64,000 bases of DNA from the human T2T-CHM13v2.0 reference genome, Homo sapiens: the NCBI RefSeq assembly GCF_009914755.1, contig NC_060934.1. One strand, given 5' to 3'. The notes beneath the pieces were generated by a model. That model was given only the letters and a program-made list of their open reading frames with translations, was not told where the DNA came from and did not search any database. The position numbers were made by a program, and so were the translations under genes. Positions 13,201-29,773 of the stretch are shown here, piece after piece (positions within the stretch are counted from its first letter, which is position 1; every line of letters begins with the position of its first letter).

Positions 13201-13314
13201 TCCTGAGGCCTTCCCAGCCATTTGGAACTGTGAGTCATTTAAAATTATTTTATTATAAATTACCCAGTCTTAGTTATTCTTTATAGAAGTGTGAAAATGC
13301 ACACTACTGTAACA
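10272..13314 (-). mobile_element. MER50-like ERV1 solo LTR (10272-10977 plus 13304-13314) interrupted by an MST element
   Basis: tgttaac...gtaaca termini with a perfect 4-bp TSD cttt (10268-10271, 13315-13318). Confidence 0.8.
10978..13303 (+). mobile_element. Full-length MSTA-like MaLR: 5' LTR 10978-11343, internal, 3' LTR 12951-13303
   Basis: Two LTRs, an internal region homologous to 5570-7145, and TSD ctagt/ctact. Confidence 0.9.
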
Positions 13315-13411
13315 CTTTCACTTTAAATTGGATCAATCAGTTCAGCAACTATTTATTCCCAAACTTGTTGCTTCTTTGTTTTAGAACACCATTTGAATTG
13401 CAATAAAAAGA

Positions 13412-13620
13412 GTTGCTTAAGTTCTTTGTAGATTTGCGGGGGGAGGGGGGAGGGGAGAGGGACAGCATTAGGAGATATACCTAATGTAAATGACGAGTTA
13501 ACAGGTGCAGCACACCAACATGGCACATGTATACATATGTAACAAACCCGCACGTTGTGCACATGTACCCTAGAACTTAAAGTAAAATAATAAAAAATAA
13601 AAAATAAAAATAAAAATAAG
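13412..13620 (+). mobile_element. Very short L1PA (about PA4-6) 3' end with a small inverted 5' piece
   Basis: G-rich tract, gcattaggagatatacctaatgtaaatgacgag...ccctagaacttaaag and A-rich tail. Confidence 0.88.
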
Positions 13621-14859
13621 TTGAAACATAAAAAAAAAGATTTGCAACAAAACAGAAAGGCTCAATTTAATTATTCCAATTTTATTCATATATTAAATAA
13701 AATAGTTATGGTGAAGAATTTACAATATTTTGCTTTATTGAAATGTTATTATTTTGACTAGTAAAAGTGCCACACTATGGTGCTATTAATGTAAGCAGAA
13801 TTACTAGAGATTTAGTAGTAACAGAACATAAAATTTATCATGTATTTTCTCACAGGTCTTACAAGAGAAGAAACTGGTACTGAGGTTTACACTAATTTTA
13901 TATGAAGTCTAAAAGTGGATTCTCTCCCTAAGATTGTACCTTGGTTAATCCTTTTTTCCTTCAATACATCCTAAGTTAAGTGTCATGATGTCTTACTATT
14001 TTTTCCACAGAATTAAGAGCATTTTAGCTTGCTAAAACATATATTATTTATTTTTCTTTTTTCATTTGTAATTTTGAAAATGCATGTGGTTGATTGGTTT
14101 ATCCACTCTGTAGGGAGTAAGAGTTACATATTATATTGTACAGCAAACCTACACTTCCCTGGAATGGGGAGGCATTGAGACAGAATTATTGCACAGTTAA
14201 AAAAGAATTTAAGCCTTATTAACTGTCTACATTTTAAGCAGAAAGATAGTTTAAAGTAATATATTTTTGCTCTCAAACTATATCTAAACATTGAATATTT
14301 TTATGCATGCAATAAATATCTCCCTAAAAAACATGGACTAGTCATTTGATACTTGCTGGGAGGTTTTATTTTTACACCTTGGGGAGTAAAGATTAGAAAG
14401 TAACCTTCATAAAATTTGAGCTAGAAACATGGCGCACACGTACAATTAATTCTTTAAAAAAATACCTAAAGAGCAAACAAAATAAATGGTTTCAAAATCG
14501 AATGTTCAGTCAGCTGTTTCTACATTTAAGAAAAAGCATTTCTGCTGCCCTTTTCTTTGCTGTTTCTTTGCTACTTCCCACTTCATTTCTTATGTAACCC
14601 TTCATACTGTCCTTCTCTGTCACATTCTCATCATATCCCCAACTCTTGGTTTTATTGTCTCTGCCTAAAAAAAAGTCCTCTTTTAGAGAAACAAAGCAAA
14701 AAAAAAAAAAAAAAAACAAGACTCTAAAATCTGACCTTCACCCTGCTAATAAAATGTATATATATATATTATATATATATACTTATTTTCCAAATTTATT
14801 AAAATTTTAACACAGCCAGTACAAGTTTTTTTTGTGAGAACACAATAGAGGAAGAGTAT

Positions 14860-15010
14860 ACTGAAACTGGATTTTACAGTTCAGAAGTAGTTTTCTAATA
14901 TGACCCAAATCACTTCACTTACGAGTTTTCTTTGCTATGCAACAGAGATAATACTACTTTTAACTGATTTGTGAGGATAAAATGAGAAAATGCATCCACA
15001 ATTTACTTAA
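14860..15010 (+). mobile_element. MIR fragment
   Basis: gagataatactac...ttgtgaggataaaatgagaaaatgcat. Confidence 0.5.
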
Positions 15011-15426
15011 CATAATGCAATAAATTTGTGATGTAGATCTTACTGTGAGTTCTCAGACTCTACTATCCCAATAGAGTTTTTTGTTTGTTTGTTTTTGCTT
15101 GTCTGTCTAAAGTTTATCTACAACATACAATGGTAAAAATAAGGGCAAAATGTTAACTTCGCCATTGTTTATATTTCTAATATTTATTAAACATAAAAGA
15201 GATGCATTCAATTTGAAAGCTTATTTAAGTAGTGCATTTATAATTGCTTTGGGGGGCCCGTGGGATTTTGAGGAGCTGCCTCAAAGAAAGTGGGGAGATG
15301 TGAGGCAAGGCTTCCAGCTCTAGCTTCAGTTAAAAAAAATCTTACTTTGTCTGTTTTTTTGAATAATATGTCATTAGAGGAAATGATTCATGGCCTTAAA
15401 AAACAACATAGAAATCTTCTTGTCTA

Positions 15427-15617
15427 TTTGGGAGGCCGAGGCAGGCGGATCACGAGGTCAGGAGATTGAGACCATCCTGGCTAACACAGTGAAACCCCAT
15501 CTCTACTAAATATACAAAAAAATTGAGCTTCCAGTGAGCCAAGATCACGCCACTGCACTCCAGCCTGGGCAACAGAGCGAGACTCCGTCTCAAAAAAAAA
15601 AAAAAAAAAAAAAAAAA
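15427..15617 (+). mobile_element. AluY, 5'-truncated with internal deletion
   Basis: AluY diagnostics (gatcacgagg, accatcctggctaacac), pure poly(A) tail and 17-bp TSD agaaatc(t/a)tcttgtcta. Confidence 0.92.
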
Positions 15618-16147
15618 GAAATCATCTTGTCTAATGGAAAAAAAGGAAGAAAAACAACAAAATAAAACAGACTATAGCTAGTGGCTTTGTCTTGTCTTCT
15701 TCTCTATCTTTGGTTTAACTGGTGGACGGCTAGAAGTTTAAAGGCTTATCAACTCCAGCAATACTTGGTGTGTGTTCTTGAGGTATAGCAACAATATTGG
15801 TATTAATTTATGAGTTGCATAAAATTCATGTTTGACACTTGTTATCTCATCTCCAGTGATTTATTTAGAATGCTTTGGAGACCACAAACATAACAGAAAT
15901 TTAGTAAATGAGGCATATTATACCTATGAATATATTTTAAACCTTATCTAAAAATACCATCAAAAATTAGCTTCTAGCAATAAAGCATAAATATTACAAA
16001 TAATTCAATTTTGAGACATTTTTAAATAATAGTATCATTACTAATCTGGTTCTGGAAGTTACTGAATAATACAATAACTATCAGCTGAAAAAATCATTAA
16101 TTTTATTCCTTTTAAGAAAATTACATTGCAAATAGGTATTTACATAC

Positions 16148-16267
16148 CGGATCATCTGGATTATACTGAATAACATACTCTATCTGTCCATTTGGTCCAT
16201 CATCTATATCTGTAGCTCCATTGTCTCCTGAAAATCCTGTGAATATTGTGGTACCAACTGGAGTGAG
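16148..16267 (-). CDS. PCDH15: Protocadherin-15 coding exon (canonical exon 6), EC2
   Basis: Absent from the ORF track; read manually. ttcctttcag|CTCACT...GATCCG|gtatgt; 120 nt, phase 0-0. Encodes [40 protein letters not shown] with the cadherin AxDxD motif. Confidence 0.96.
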
Positions 16268-17584
16268 CTGAAAGGAAAAAAGATTTTAAATATCAATTTT
16301 CATTTTATCAACTGCACACCAGAAATGTTACAGCATAAAAATCAGCTCTTTATTACCTAAAGGAAGATACCAGTTGGCAGCCCACAACCACAAACTGAAG
16401 TGTTTCAAAAGAACAGTTTTGAGCCTTACACAGGAGTTCTTAAAATGTCTGAAATGTCCAACTTTGTGATTCTTGCTATGGGCGAAGAAGCAGAAGACGC
16501 TGATTCCGTGTTAAACACATTTGGACCAATTTATAGCCATTAGTATGTTAGCTCCTGTGGAGAAACTGCATCTGTTGTTTCTCCTCAAAACCCTTGATGC
16601 AATGTTACCCACAGGCTAGAATTTAAACTGTAAGAAAAAGTTAGTTTAAAATAAACGATTTACGAGTGAGCAATGAAATCCAGGCTGATGATTATATGCA
16701 AGTGGCAAGTTTGAGAAAGAGAAATTGGAGACAATGAATAGTCTGTATATTAGAGGAAAATACTGGGAGTTTCTTGAGTCCTTCTGATATTGGTTGAGTA
16801 GAACATGATCAGGTCACAGCAGCTGGAGAGATAGCAACATCTTTTCATTTTGGATTAAAACATCAGAACTTAATATGTGTGGCATACAAAACCATGATTT
16901 GATGTGTGACCTAAATTGCTAGTCTTAATTCTTACTTATGCCCACAAGAGAATCACCGTTATTTTTTTTTACCTGTAGGTTTTTGCGCAATGTGCTCTTA
17001 TAACCAGAGTAATTTTTTTAAATTTTCCCCTCCCAGTTTTTAGGTTTTAGCTGAAATACTACTCATTAGTTAAATTTCAACTTAATTAGATATCAGCTTC
17101 TCCCATACCACCCCTCAAATAGCATTACACACGCCACATCAGAAGATGATTCCCCTTTTCTTGTGCTTGCATTTTGCACTTTGTTCCTATAATCATTGCA
17201 TTGTTAGAGGAACTAAATGCACTTCATCAATAAACATAAGCTCTGTGCCTCTACAGACTGGACGCTTTTAATGTTTGCTCAGGGATTTGTTCTCTTAATT
17301 TTTGACTAGGATTCCTTGATGGTAAAAATAGCTTAAGAGGCAACAAAAAAGTTGCCTTATTCAGTTTTACTTTCAGAAACTGAAAATTCACATTTTACAA
17401 GGATCCCTCAGGTAATGTAAATGAGTGAAGCAAGCATGATGAGACGGTGGAAAATAGATGGAACATGCCCTCTCTGATGCTACTCAGAGAGGGTAGCTGC
17501 TACTAGTAGCTGCTACTCAATCCCAGCAAATTCTTGCCATCTTGGAATATGGAGCCCATGCTACCAAGTCTTCTAATATTTTAA

Positions 17585-17930
<346 letters not shown>

Positions 17931-18349
17931 GACAACAGATTTTTAAACATTAAAATATAAATAGGTAAAATAAAATATGCCCATTGCCTCAACAACTACA
18001 CTAGTTTGCAATCTCTGATTTAGGAAAAGAATATAATTATGACTTAAAAATAAACCATAAGTACAAGGAAGTTCAGGATTTATAAGGCCCAGTTTCCTAG
18101 CAGGCAGCATTGAAGGCAAACTTTGGAGAGCTGAGAATGAAGTGAGACGAGATCGTTTAAGTAGTACCTATGAGGACATCGAGGGACCACTGGGGATAGA
18201 TTTAGTAGAAATGTTAGTCAGCTAAATTGCTTCCAAGCTGACGTTCAATATTTTTCTTTTTTAATGGAATTCCTGTTGCAAAAGACATCCTTATCTTTTA
18301 TAAATATTCACCCATTCTTATGTAGCTGTACTTTGATATTTTTATTACC

Positions 18350-18775
18350 AACTTATTTTTAAATCAACATATAGAATTTTGTATATTTGTTGTGTACAAC
18401 ATGTTTTAAAATATGTATACCTTGTGTGATGGCTAAACCAAGCTAATTAACATATCTATTATATACTTTTTTGTGGTGAGAGCACTTAAAAAATCTATTT
18501 TCAAAAATAGATAGTTATTAACTATAGTTACCATGTTGTACAATAGATTTATTGAATTTATTAGTTCAAGAAATTTAAATTTTGTATCCTTTGACCAACA
18601 TCTCTCAATCCATATCCCAGCCCCTAGTAACCACTCTTATACTGTCTGCTTCAATTACTTCAACTACTTTAGATTCCACATACAAGTGGGATCATGTAGT
18701 ATCTGAATATCTGTGCTTGGCTTGTTTCACTTAACATAATGTCTTCCAGGTTTATCCATAATTTTCAAACTGTGA
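18350..18775 (-). mobile_element. L1MA-type 3' UTR fragment
   Basis: ttttagattccacatacaagtgggatcatg...ttcacttaacataatgtcttccagg. Confidence 0.8.
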
Positions 18776-19409
18776 AATTTTATGATTGGATGACATTGAT
18801 TTGTTTCCATATATCTAATAAACTTAAAAATTTTGTTGCCAAAAAATACTATGTCATGGAGGTAGATATAAAAGCAAAACAAAAAATCAAAATAAAACAA
18901 ACAAATTTTAAAAAATTAAACAGTATCGTCTGTGGAAATTTTGAGGAAATAAAGGGGGTGCCCATGCCTTTCAATCTGCTTACTGGGGTAATGTATACTA
19001 TTGGACCAGATTTATTTTGAAGAGCAGGATCCCAAAGCCCTACAACTTAGGGAGATAAAATTGGTCTTGCGGGGAAGATATAGGACATCCAGGGAGAACT
19101 TCACGTTTGCCACTCTTAATCAAGATTAAATTTCTGGAATAAATATTTATATGACAGAAATTTGTTGGAATAGATGGTTTGAAAGATTTTAGTCCTTACA
19201 ATGTAATATTTGTAAAGTTGAAGGCATATTTCTAAATTCAATATGCAAACTATTGAAAAGATCAATGTTTTTCTCTAGCTCTACAATGTTTTTTTGAAAT
19301 GATGAAAAGGCCACATAAAAGTAGCATGATGTCTTAATATATTACCATCAAGTAATATTTTTCTTCATCACTGACATGGCTTTTTCCATGCAGAAATCAC
19401 ATTTGTAAG

Positions 19410-19497
19410 TATAATGTTTAATATGTAGTCCTTTAAAATAAACTCTACATTGTTATAATGTTTAATATGTAGTCCTTTAAAATAAACTCTACATTGT
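19410..19497. repeat. Perfect 44-bp tandem duplication
   Basis: tataatgtttaatatgtagtcctttaaaataaactctacattgt occurs twice, at 19410-19453 and 19454-19497. Confidence 0.97.
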
Positions 19498-20480
19498 ATT
19501 TCTTTGATTGACTTTCAAAAAATATACTTGCTGATGAAGCCTACCAAAGATTGATAATAGACCACAGGAAAAAAATTGAATATGCATTTGCTTATGGTTT
19601 CAATTTTAAGCTTAATCCAAAGAGCAATTCAATTTCAAATGTTCTCATTTCAGAATATGAGCTCATTTTGTGTGCCACAGGTAAATTTCCCTAATCATAT
19701 TTGTGTGGCCATATATACTTTTATTATTTCTGAAAAATTGCAAGTAGAAATATGATTCTATAATAAATTTCATTAATTTATATCTTTGAATAGAAAATAA
19801 AAGAGAAACAATTGTATTAGCCGTAGGAATAGAGAAAACCTTTTTTCTATAATGATATTATATAAAGGTTATGAATCATCCCTAAATATAATTTTAAGGT
19901 CTTTTTTAGACAAAATTTTAGATTCCTTGAAAATTAAATGAAAAGCATTAGTGTAATAGCAATAGATTTCAGCATGTTCTTTCATTCATGGCTGTCTTTC
20001 TTGACAATTTCAGTAAAAATTTCTCCCTAATTTCACAAATATGGTATTTACTGGCTGACAGGGGAGGATGGGCAGGCTCAGGAATTGTCCCAAGGTGAGG
20101 TTTGCTCTCCTCCATAGTTCCACATTTAAGGCAAATGTCTTAGCACAGATCACTCCTGTGTATTTCTACTACTAGATTGTGCAAGCATGTACAAATAGCC
20201 ATTCATATGTAAAATGCAACACAAAATGGATCAGTCATACATTTTTCTCATGATCTGCTCAAATTTCATGATTTGTTCAAATGGTAGACCTGTTCACATA
20301 TGAGATAGGGTTGAGGCTAATATGAGAGAAATAGCCGAGAAAAAAGAAGATAAGTTATATGGGCAAACATGGGAGGTCTGAAAAGTCTAAAAAGGCTCTA
20401 ATGAAGAGGCCTATGCCAGATGCAAAAAAGCAGAAGAAAGTAGAAGCAGAAAAAATGTTTTTTAAAAAATAGTAGATCCT

Positions 20481-20600
20481 GGCCAGATGCCATGGCTCAC
20501 ACCTGTAATCCCAGCACTTTGGGAGGCTGAGGCAGGAGGATTGCTGCTTCAAGTCTGAGAGTTTAAGAATTTGAGAGTAGAGATAGATAGATAGATAACA
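20481..20600 (+). mobile_element. Old Alu left monomer (FLAM/AluJ-like) with (GATA)n tail
   Basis: ggccagatgccatggctcacacctgtaatccc...aggaggattgct followed by (agat)n. Confidence 0.75.
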
Positions 20601-20899
<299 letters not shown>

Positions 20900-23139
20900 G
20901 ATAGATAGATAGTAGGTGGTTATATGTATATTATATTCAGATCTTTTTTGTGCTATTATAAAACTGTGAACAAAGAGACCTACCTTATGTTTCATAGATA
21001 ACTCTTTAATGCTATATCTCAAAATCACAACTACCTTATTATCATTACAAAAACCAAACAAAAGACATGGCAGAAAGCCCACACCTAAATGGGCAGGTAG
21101 CATTGAAATGTATGCAAAAACAGAGTGTTAGTAGTGAACTGAAATAAATTTAAAAGGTCCCTCTTGACAGCCTATTTGCATCCAAAAGCTCTTTAAAGAC
21201 AGACCATAATTTTTTTCTTTTTAAAAAAATATTTCATAGCATCAATTGTAGAAACTGGTTCATCAGTAGAAACTCAATTAATTATTCTTATTTATATATA
21301 TTATTTATGCAGATGAGACTGAAACTTTTCTCAATTTCTTCATATTTTAATATACTAAATCCTCTACAAGGCCTCTATACTGGAATACTGTATCCACATC
21401 CTCATCCTCTACCTGCCTGTTCCTGGTTCCTCGGACAACCTCACTTTTAGAGGTGATTTCCACCCATTCATTATGCTGTTCAATTGCAACAGGATGGCCA
21501 GAGCTTCTGGCAGCTCACTGTCAAAAAACCCTGCCCACCTTTTTTTGCTTCCATGAAGAAAAATATGTAGATTTCACTGTGAAGTCTAGTTCTTCCCATG
21601 CTCTTGCCAGTTTTCCTACAAGAAAATTTTCTACAGACTGTCCATGAATAAACTATAACCATAATAGGACCCAATACAGCAAGCACATGCAAGTAGAATA
21701 ACCTTATATTCACGAAACCGATGGTATGCTGTTCACTTGGAATAAAATATTGAGAAGGATATGTGGTAGAAAGTCCTCCACAAATCATAATATTGTGTTG
21801 TACATATATATTTGGTGATTAGAAAATTCCACTGGCATCAATATCATTGTGTTGGTAGATAACAATGATTTTCTGTTTCATATTTTCTGGAGTCTCATGT
21901 GTCATATCAACACAGAAACAAAAAGTTTAGTAAAAAATAAAATACTAAAAAATGATTTCTGAATACCTAAAATAGTTTACACATGTATTCCACACCAATG
22001 CCTTCTGATAGATTCTAATGGCTTTAATGATTAAACAGAAACCATATGAGAGTCCTAAGAAGAGAAAACATATATTTTTATGTAATAGACACAACTTAAA
22101 TAATACCTCTTCAACTGGAAGACAATTGGTACAAAAGGATATTATTCAATTTGGAAACTTGCCCCCAAAAAGAGCCACCCTAGAGGAAAAATTTAAAATA
22201 CGATTGATGAGATTTTACTTTTTCCCATGCTTCCTCAAGAATCCAAGTTTTTTGTTTTCTCCTACCCAGGAAAAATGGAGAATATCTGAAGGATACTGAA
22301 TTTTAGATAAGCTGAAACAGAATTAATCACTACAGTTACTTATCATATAATGATGATTTGATGAAAGAAATGCTACCGGGGTGGCAGGTGCTCTATTTCT
22401 ACTAATAGACATTAACAAAAAAGAAGCATTACCTTTAGTGATGCAAGATTACATATCAGCCTATGTTAAAACACTACACATTTATTTTCCAATTGTTAAT
22501 ATCATTGATCTGATTTATAGTATTAGGCAGCCACTTCATGTCAATTAATCTCCTAGAAAACCCAATCAAGATAAGGCAACATTCTGTACAAATTATCATT
22601 ACTAGTGAAACTGAAGGAATCTTCCACGTTTAATCAACAATGAGAACTATGATTCATCCTTTAACTTTCTCCCCAGATAAAATAATGTTATAGATTCATT
22701 CTTGCAATTAATCCCTGCCTTGGAAATATGCTTTAGAAATGGTAAATTTAGAAATTTTAAACCAAAGATTCTCCACACATGAAATCCAGAGTTGATTTTG
22801 TAAACAGGCAGTCATCAGTGGAATATTATTGAAAAATTCAACATTTTCTGACAATTATGAAATTACAATGTCTCTGAATCTACGATTATTTATTGAGAAA
22901 ATATCGTTTGCCAAATCATTGTTTCTGTGACCATTATATTGGTCTTACTTTAACTAGTAAATATAACATTTGTTTTATTCAACCATTTTTCCAAATCAAA
23001 CATCCGTTTGAAGTCCATCTTAAAACTTTCCAGAACTGATAAAAAAAATACATATTCTTGAATTCAAATACAGTGCAAGTTATCTTGTAATGATTTATTA
23101 ACATTAAAGAAAACATAAGAAAAGAGGTATAGCCCTTTT

Positions 23140-23440
23140 TGTCTAGTTAACATTAACTTATGAAGGTACAATTTATATTAAACAAAATGCAGAGATCTTA
23201 AATATTCAGTATGTTGAGTTTTGACAATTTCATGAACCCATGTAATGAACACCTACACAAAAAATATAATATTTTTATCACACTGTAAAATTTCCTAATA
23301 TCCCTGTACAGACTATCTTGTCAGATGCAGCTGCTTTTGACTTCAATCAAAATTGCTTAGTTTTGCCTGTTCTTGGACTTCAATAGAGTGTGTACCCTTT
23401 CCTATCTGGCTTCTTTTGCTCAACTTAATGTTTTTTTTGT
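23140..23440 (-). mobile_element. Old L1 (L1MC/ME-type) 3' fragment
   Basis: ttagttttgcctgttcttgga...ctggcttcttttgctcaac. Confidence 0.6.
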
Positions 23441-23728
23441 TTGTCCTTGGTCCATCTATTTTATTCTGTTTCATTAATGTTTTTCAGATTCCCTTTAACA
23501 TAATATGGTTTTCATACCTGTGTTAAAAATCTTGATTTCATTAAAAATCTTGATTCCATTTTTTATCACAAAGACTAGATGATTAATATTAAGGGTTACT
23601 TTCTCTGAATAAATAATAGACAAATTCATGTAGATAAGTGTATTTAAAATAAAAAAAGAATTATTACTGTTACAGAGAATGATAAATAACTCTATCTTTA
23701 CTAAAAACTGAGGAGCAATTAAGCTTAA

Positions 23729-24067
<339 letters not shown>

Positions 24068-25084
24068 TGAGCTTAGAAGTTGTTGAATATTTGAATACTT
24101 GAATGTTGTAAAACAGCTAAAAAATTGATTCCCACGTACATGCTTAAAGTAAAAAGAAATGTATTAATATGTGCTTCTTTCACTTCCTTTAATCTCCTTA
24201 TCTCTTTCTCTTTTTTAACTGTTTCCTGATTCTCAGAGAGAATGTGCCCATCCTATGGAAGAGAAAAATGGGGACAAGTAAGAGGAACTAGAGATTAGTC
24301 TTACTTCTTTCTTTAACTTTAGATTAAGTGCCAGTACTGCATATTCAAAGAAATTCCATAAATGGGGATGCTCCTGAAGGCCCAGTGATTTTTATTCCTT
24401 GAAAAGTTGAAGATATCGAGTTTTGAACTCCATGATCCATGTTTCTAAACCATAATTTATTTCATATTAAAAAATCACTTAATTATACCTAGAAATTGTA
24501 AACAAAACACACAAAATATGTAAAAAAGGATATTCAACTCTATAAGGAATGTCAGTGTTATGCTTCTCATGAATACTGTCTGTGCTTTTAGATTTACCAG
24601 AATAATTCTGATAAAAACAGATGTTCAAAATATATGTATTAAATGGAAGGAGATGATATAACCACAATGAAATGTAAAAGAATAGCATAAAACTATGAGA
24701 AATGGATTTGGAAAGCAAAAACTCAAATTAGATAGATTCAGAGGTAATGTTAATTTCACCACAAAGCTGAAGTCTCAATAATGTTCCACTAATTACTGCC
24801 TGTTTATAAGTGTATCTCTACACTTTCATGTGTGGAGAAACTCTTGGTTTTCAAATCTGTCACTATTTCCAAAGCGTATTTCCAAAACAGGAGGATTGCA
24901 AAAAAAAAAAAAAAAAAAAAAAATGGCTAAAACCTGCACTAAGTATTTTAAAAGTATCACCTCCTTTAATCCTCAATACAAGTTTATATCATTATTTATT
25001 TTGTTATCATACTTATTTTATGGTTACAAAATTATAGGCTTAGAAAGCTTCTGCCTGATGTTATTATTCTAATACTTGGTGAAT

Positions 25085-25480
25085 AATCTGAAATGATATA
25101 ATTTAGATTATGTATCTCATTAAAGATAATTTATTTTGGGCCCCTAAGAAAAATGTTTTGGGTTATTTTACAGAAGGAGAAATAAATTCAACTTAATTAT
25201 AAAATATCTCAAATAATATATGGCACAGTGTCTTGTTTAAAAGTATTCATTCTTAAACACTGTGCAATATGTTATTTGAGAAATGTTAGAATTCACTATT
25301 AATGAACTTCTGAAAAAATGAGAAATAAACAGGAAAACAAAATGTGGCACATAACAGAACCCAAGATTCACAGACAATCTGAAACCATATAATTTAGATT
25401 ATGTATTAAAGATAAATTATTTTGGGCCCTAAGAAAAATATTTTGGGTTATTTTACAAAAGGAGACATAAAATCAAATTA
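25085..25480. repeat. Diverged ~105-110 bp direct repeat pair (25085-25195, 25376-25480) enclosing an inverted repeat
   Basis: Both copies read aatctgaaa..atataatttagattatgtat...ttttggg(c)ccctaagaaaaat.ttttgggttattttaca.aaggaga.ataaa.tcaa.tta. Confidence 0.92.
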
Positions 25481-25759
25481 GCCAGTACCTGCATTTTAGG
25501 AAACTCTTCTTCAAATAATTATTACTGTCAGAAAAAAATTGGTTCTCAGCAAGCAAATTATTTAATAAATTTCCAAATTCACCATGATTTCAGTGTGCAA
25601 ACCTTTACATTAGTAATCAAATCTCTATTGCTAGAACATGCCTAAACCATTGAAAAGCATTCAATAAGCGCTCAAGGAGCAAAGAGAAGAAGAAATATAG
25701 CCAACCACAGTAATTTACACTTTCCTCAATTATATTTCAAAAAATAATATTTCAACAAT

Positions 25760-29240
<3,481 letters not shown>

Positions 29241-29773
29241 TATTTAAATAAATAATGTAAAATATAGTTGTAAATAGACCATTTCCATTACCATTTTCAT
29301 TATAACAAAGCTCAAGACTTGAATATATCATTTAATATAAGAAAAATAATGTTTAAATGTAATATAGCTTTACTTCTATTACATTTAATTTTTATAAATA
29401 TAATGCACATTGAACCAATTATTTGTCAACAAATTTAATAAGATATACTTATAGAATGAAACAGAGTAAACAGAGAGGAAGAGATAGATTTTCATGTTTT
29501 TCTGTGCTTTCATTTGGCTGAAGTTTGGTTTTTTGTGTGTCTGCTAATTGATAAAATCATTAAAAATGTTTTTAGTCATTCCTTTAAAATTTCAAAGAAA
29601 AGCTAAAATATTTAAAAACTCATTGTTTAAAATTAAGAGCTAATTGATGCAGTAGGTATTGATGAAAGATATGATTATGTCATGTTAGGAGAAACAAGCA
29701 TAATAATATTTAAAATAAATTAATATGCAATTACTAATTAAATCAGCATGTAATACCAGGTAAGAAGAAATAC

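Noticed and set aside
16609-16645. Possible 19-nt poison microexon on the minus strand (actaac-tttttcttacag|...TGG|gtaaca)
   Set aside because: The branch point is only ~13 nt from the AG and the donor is weak. Such motifs are common in introns and there is no transcript evidence.
23523-23558. 18-bp tandem duplication with one mismatch
   Set aside because: Ordinary slippage event.
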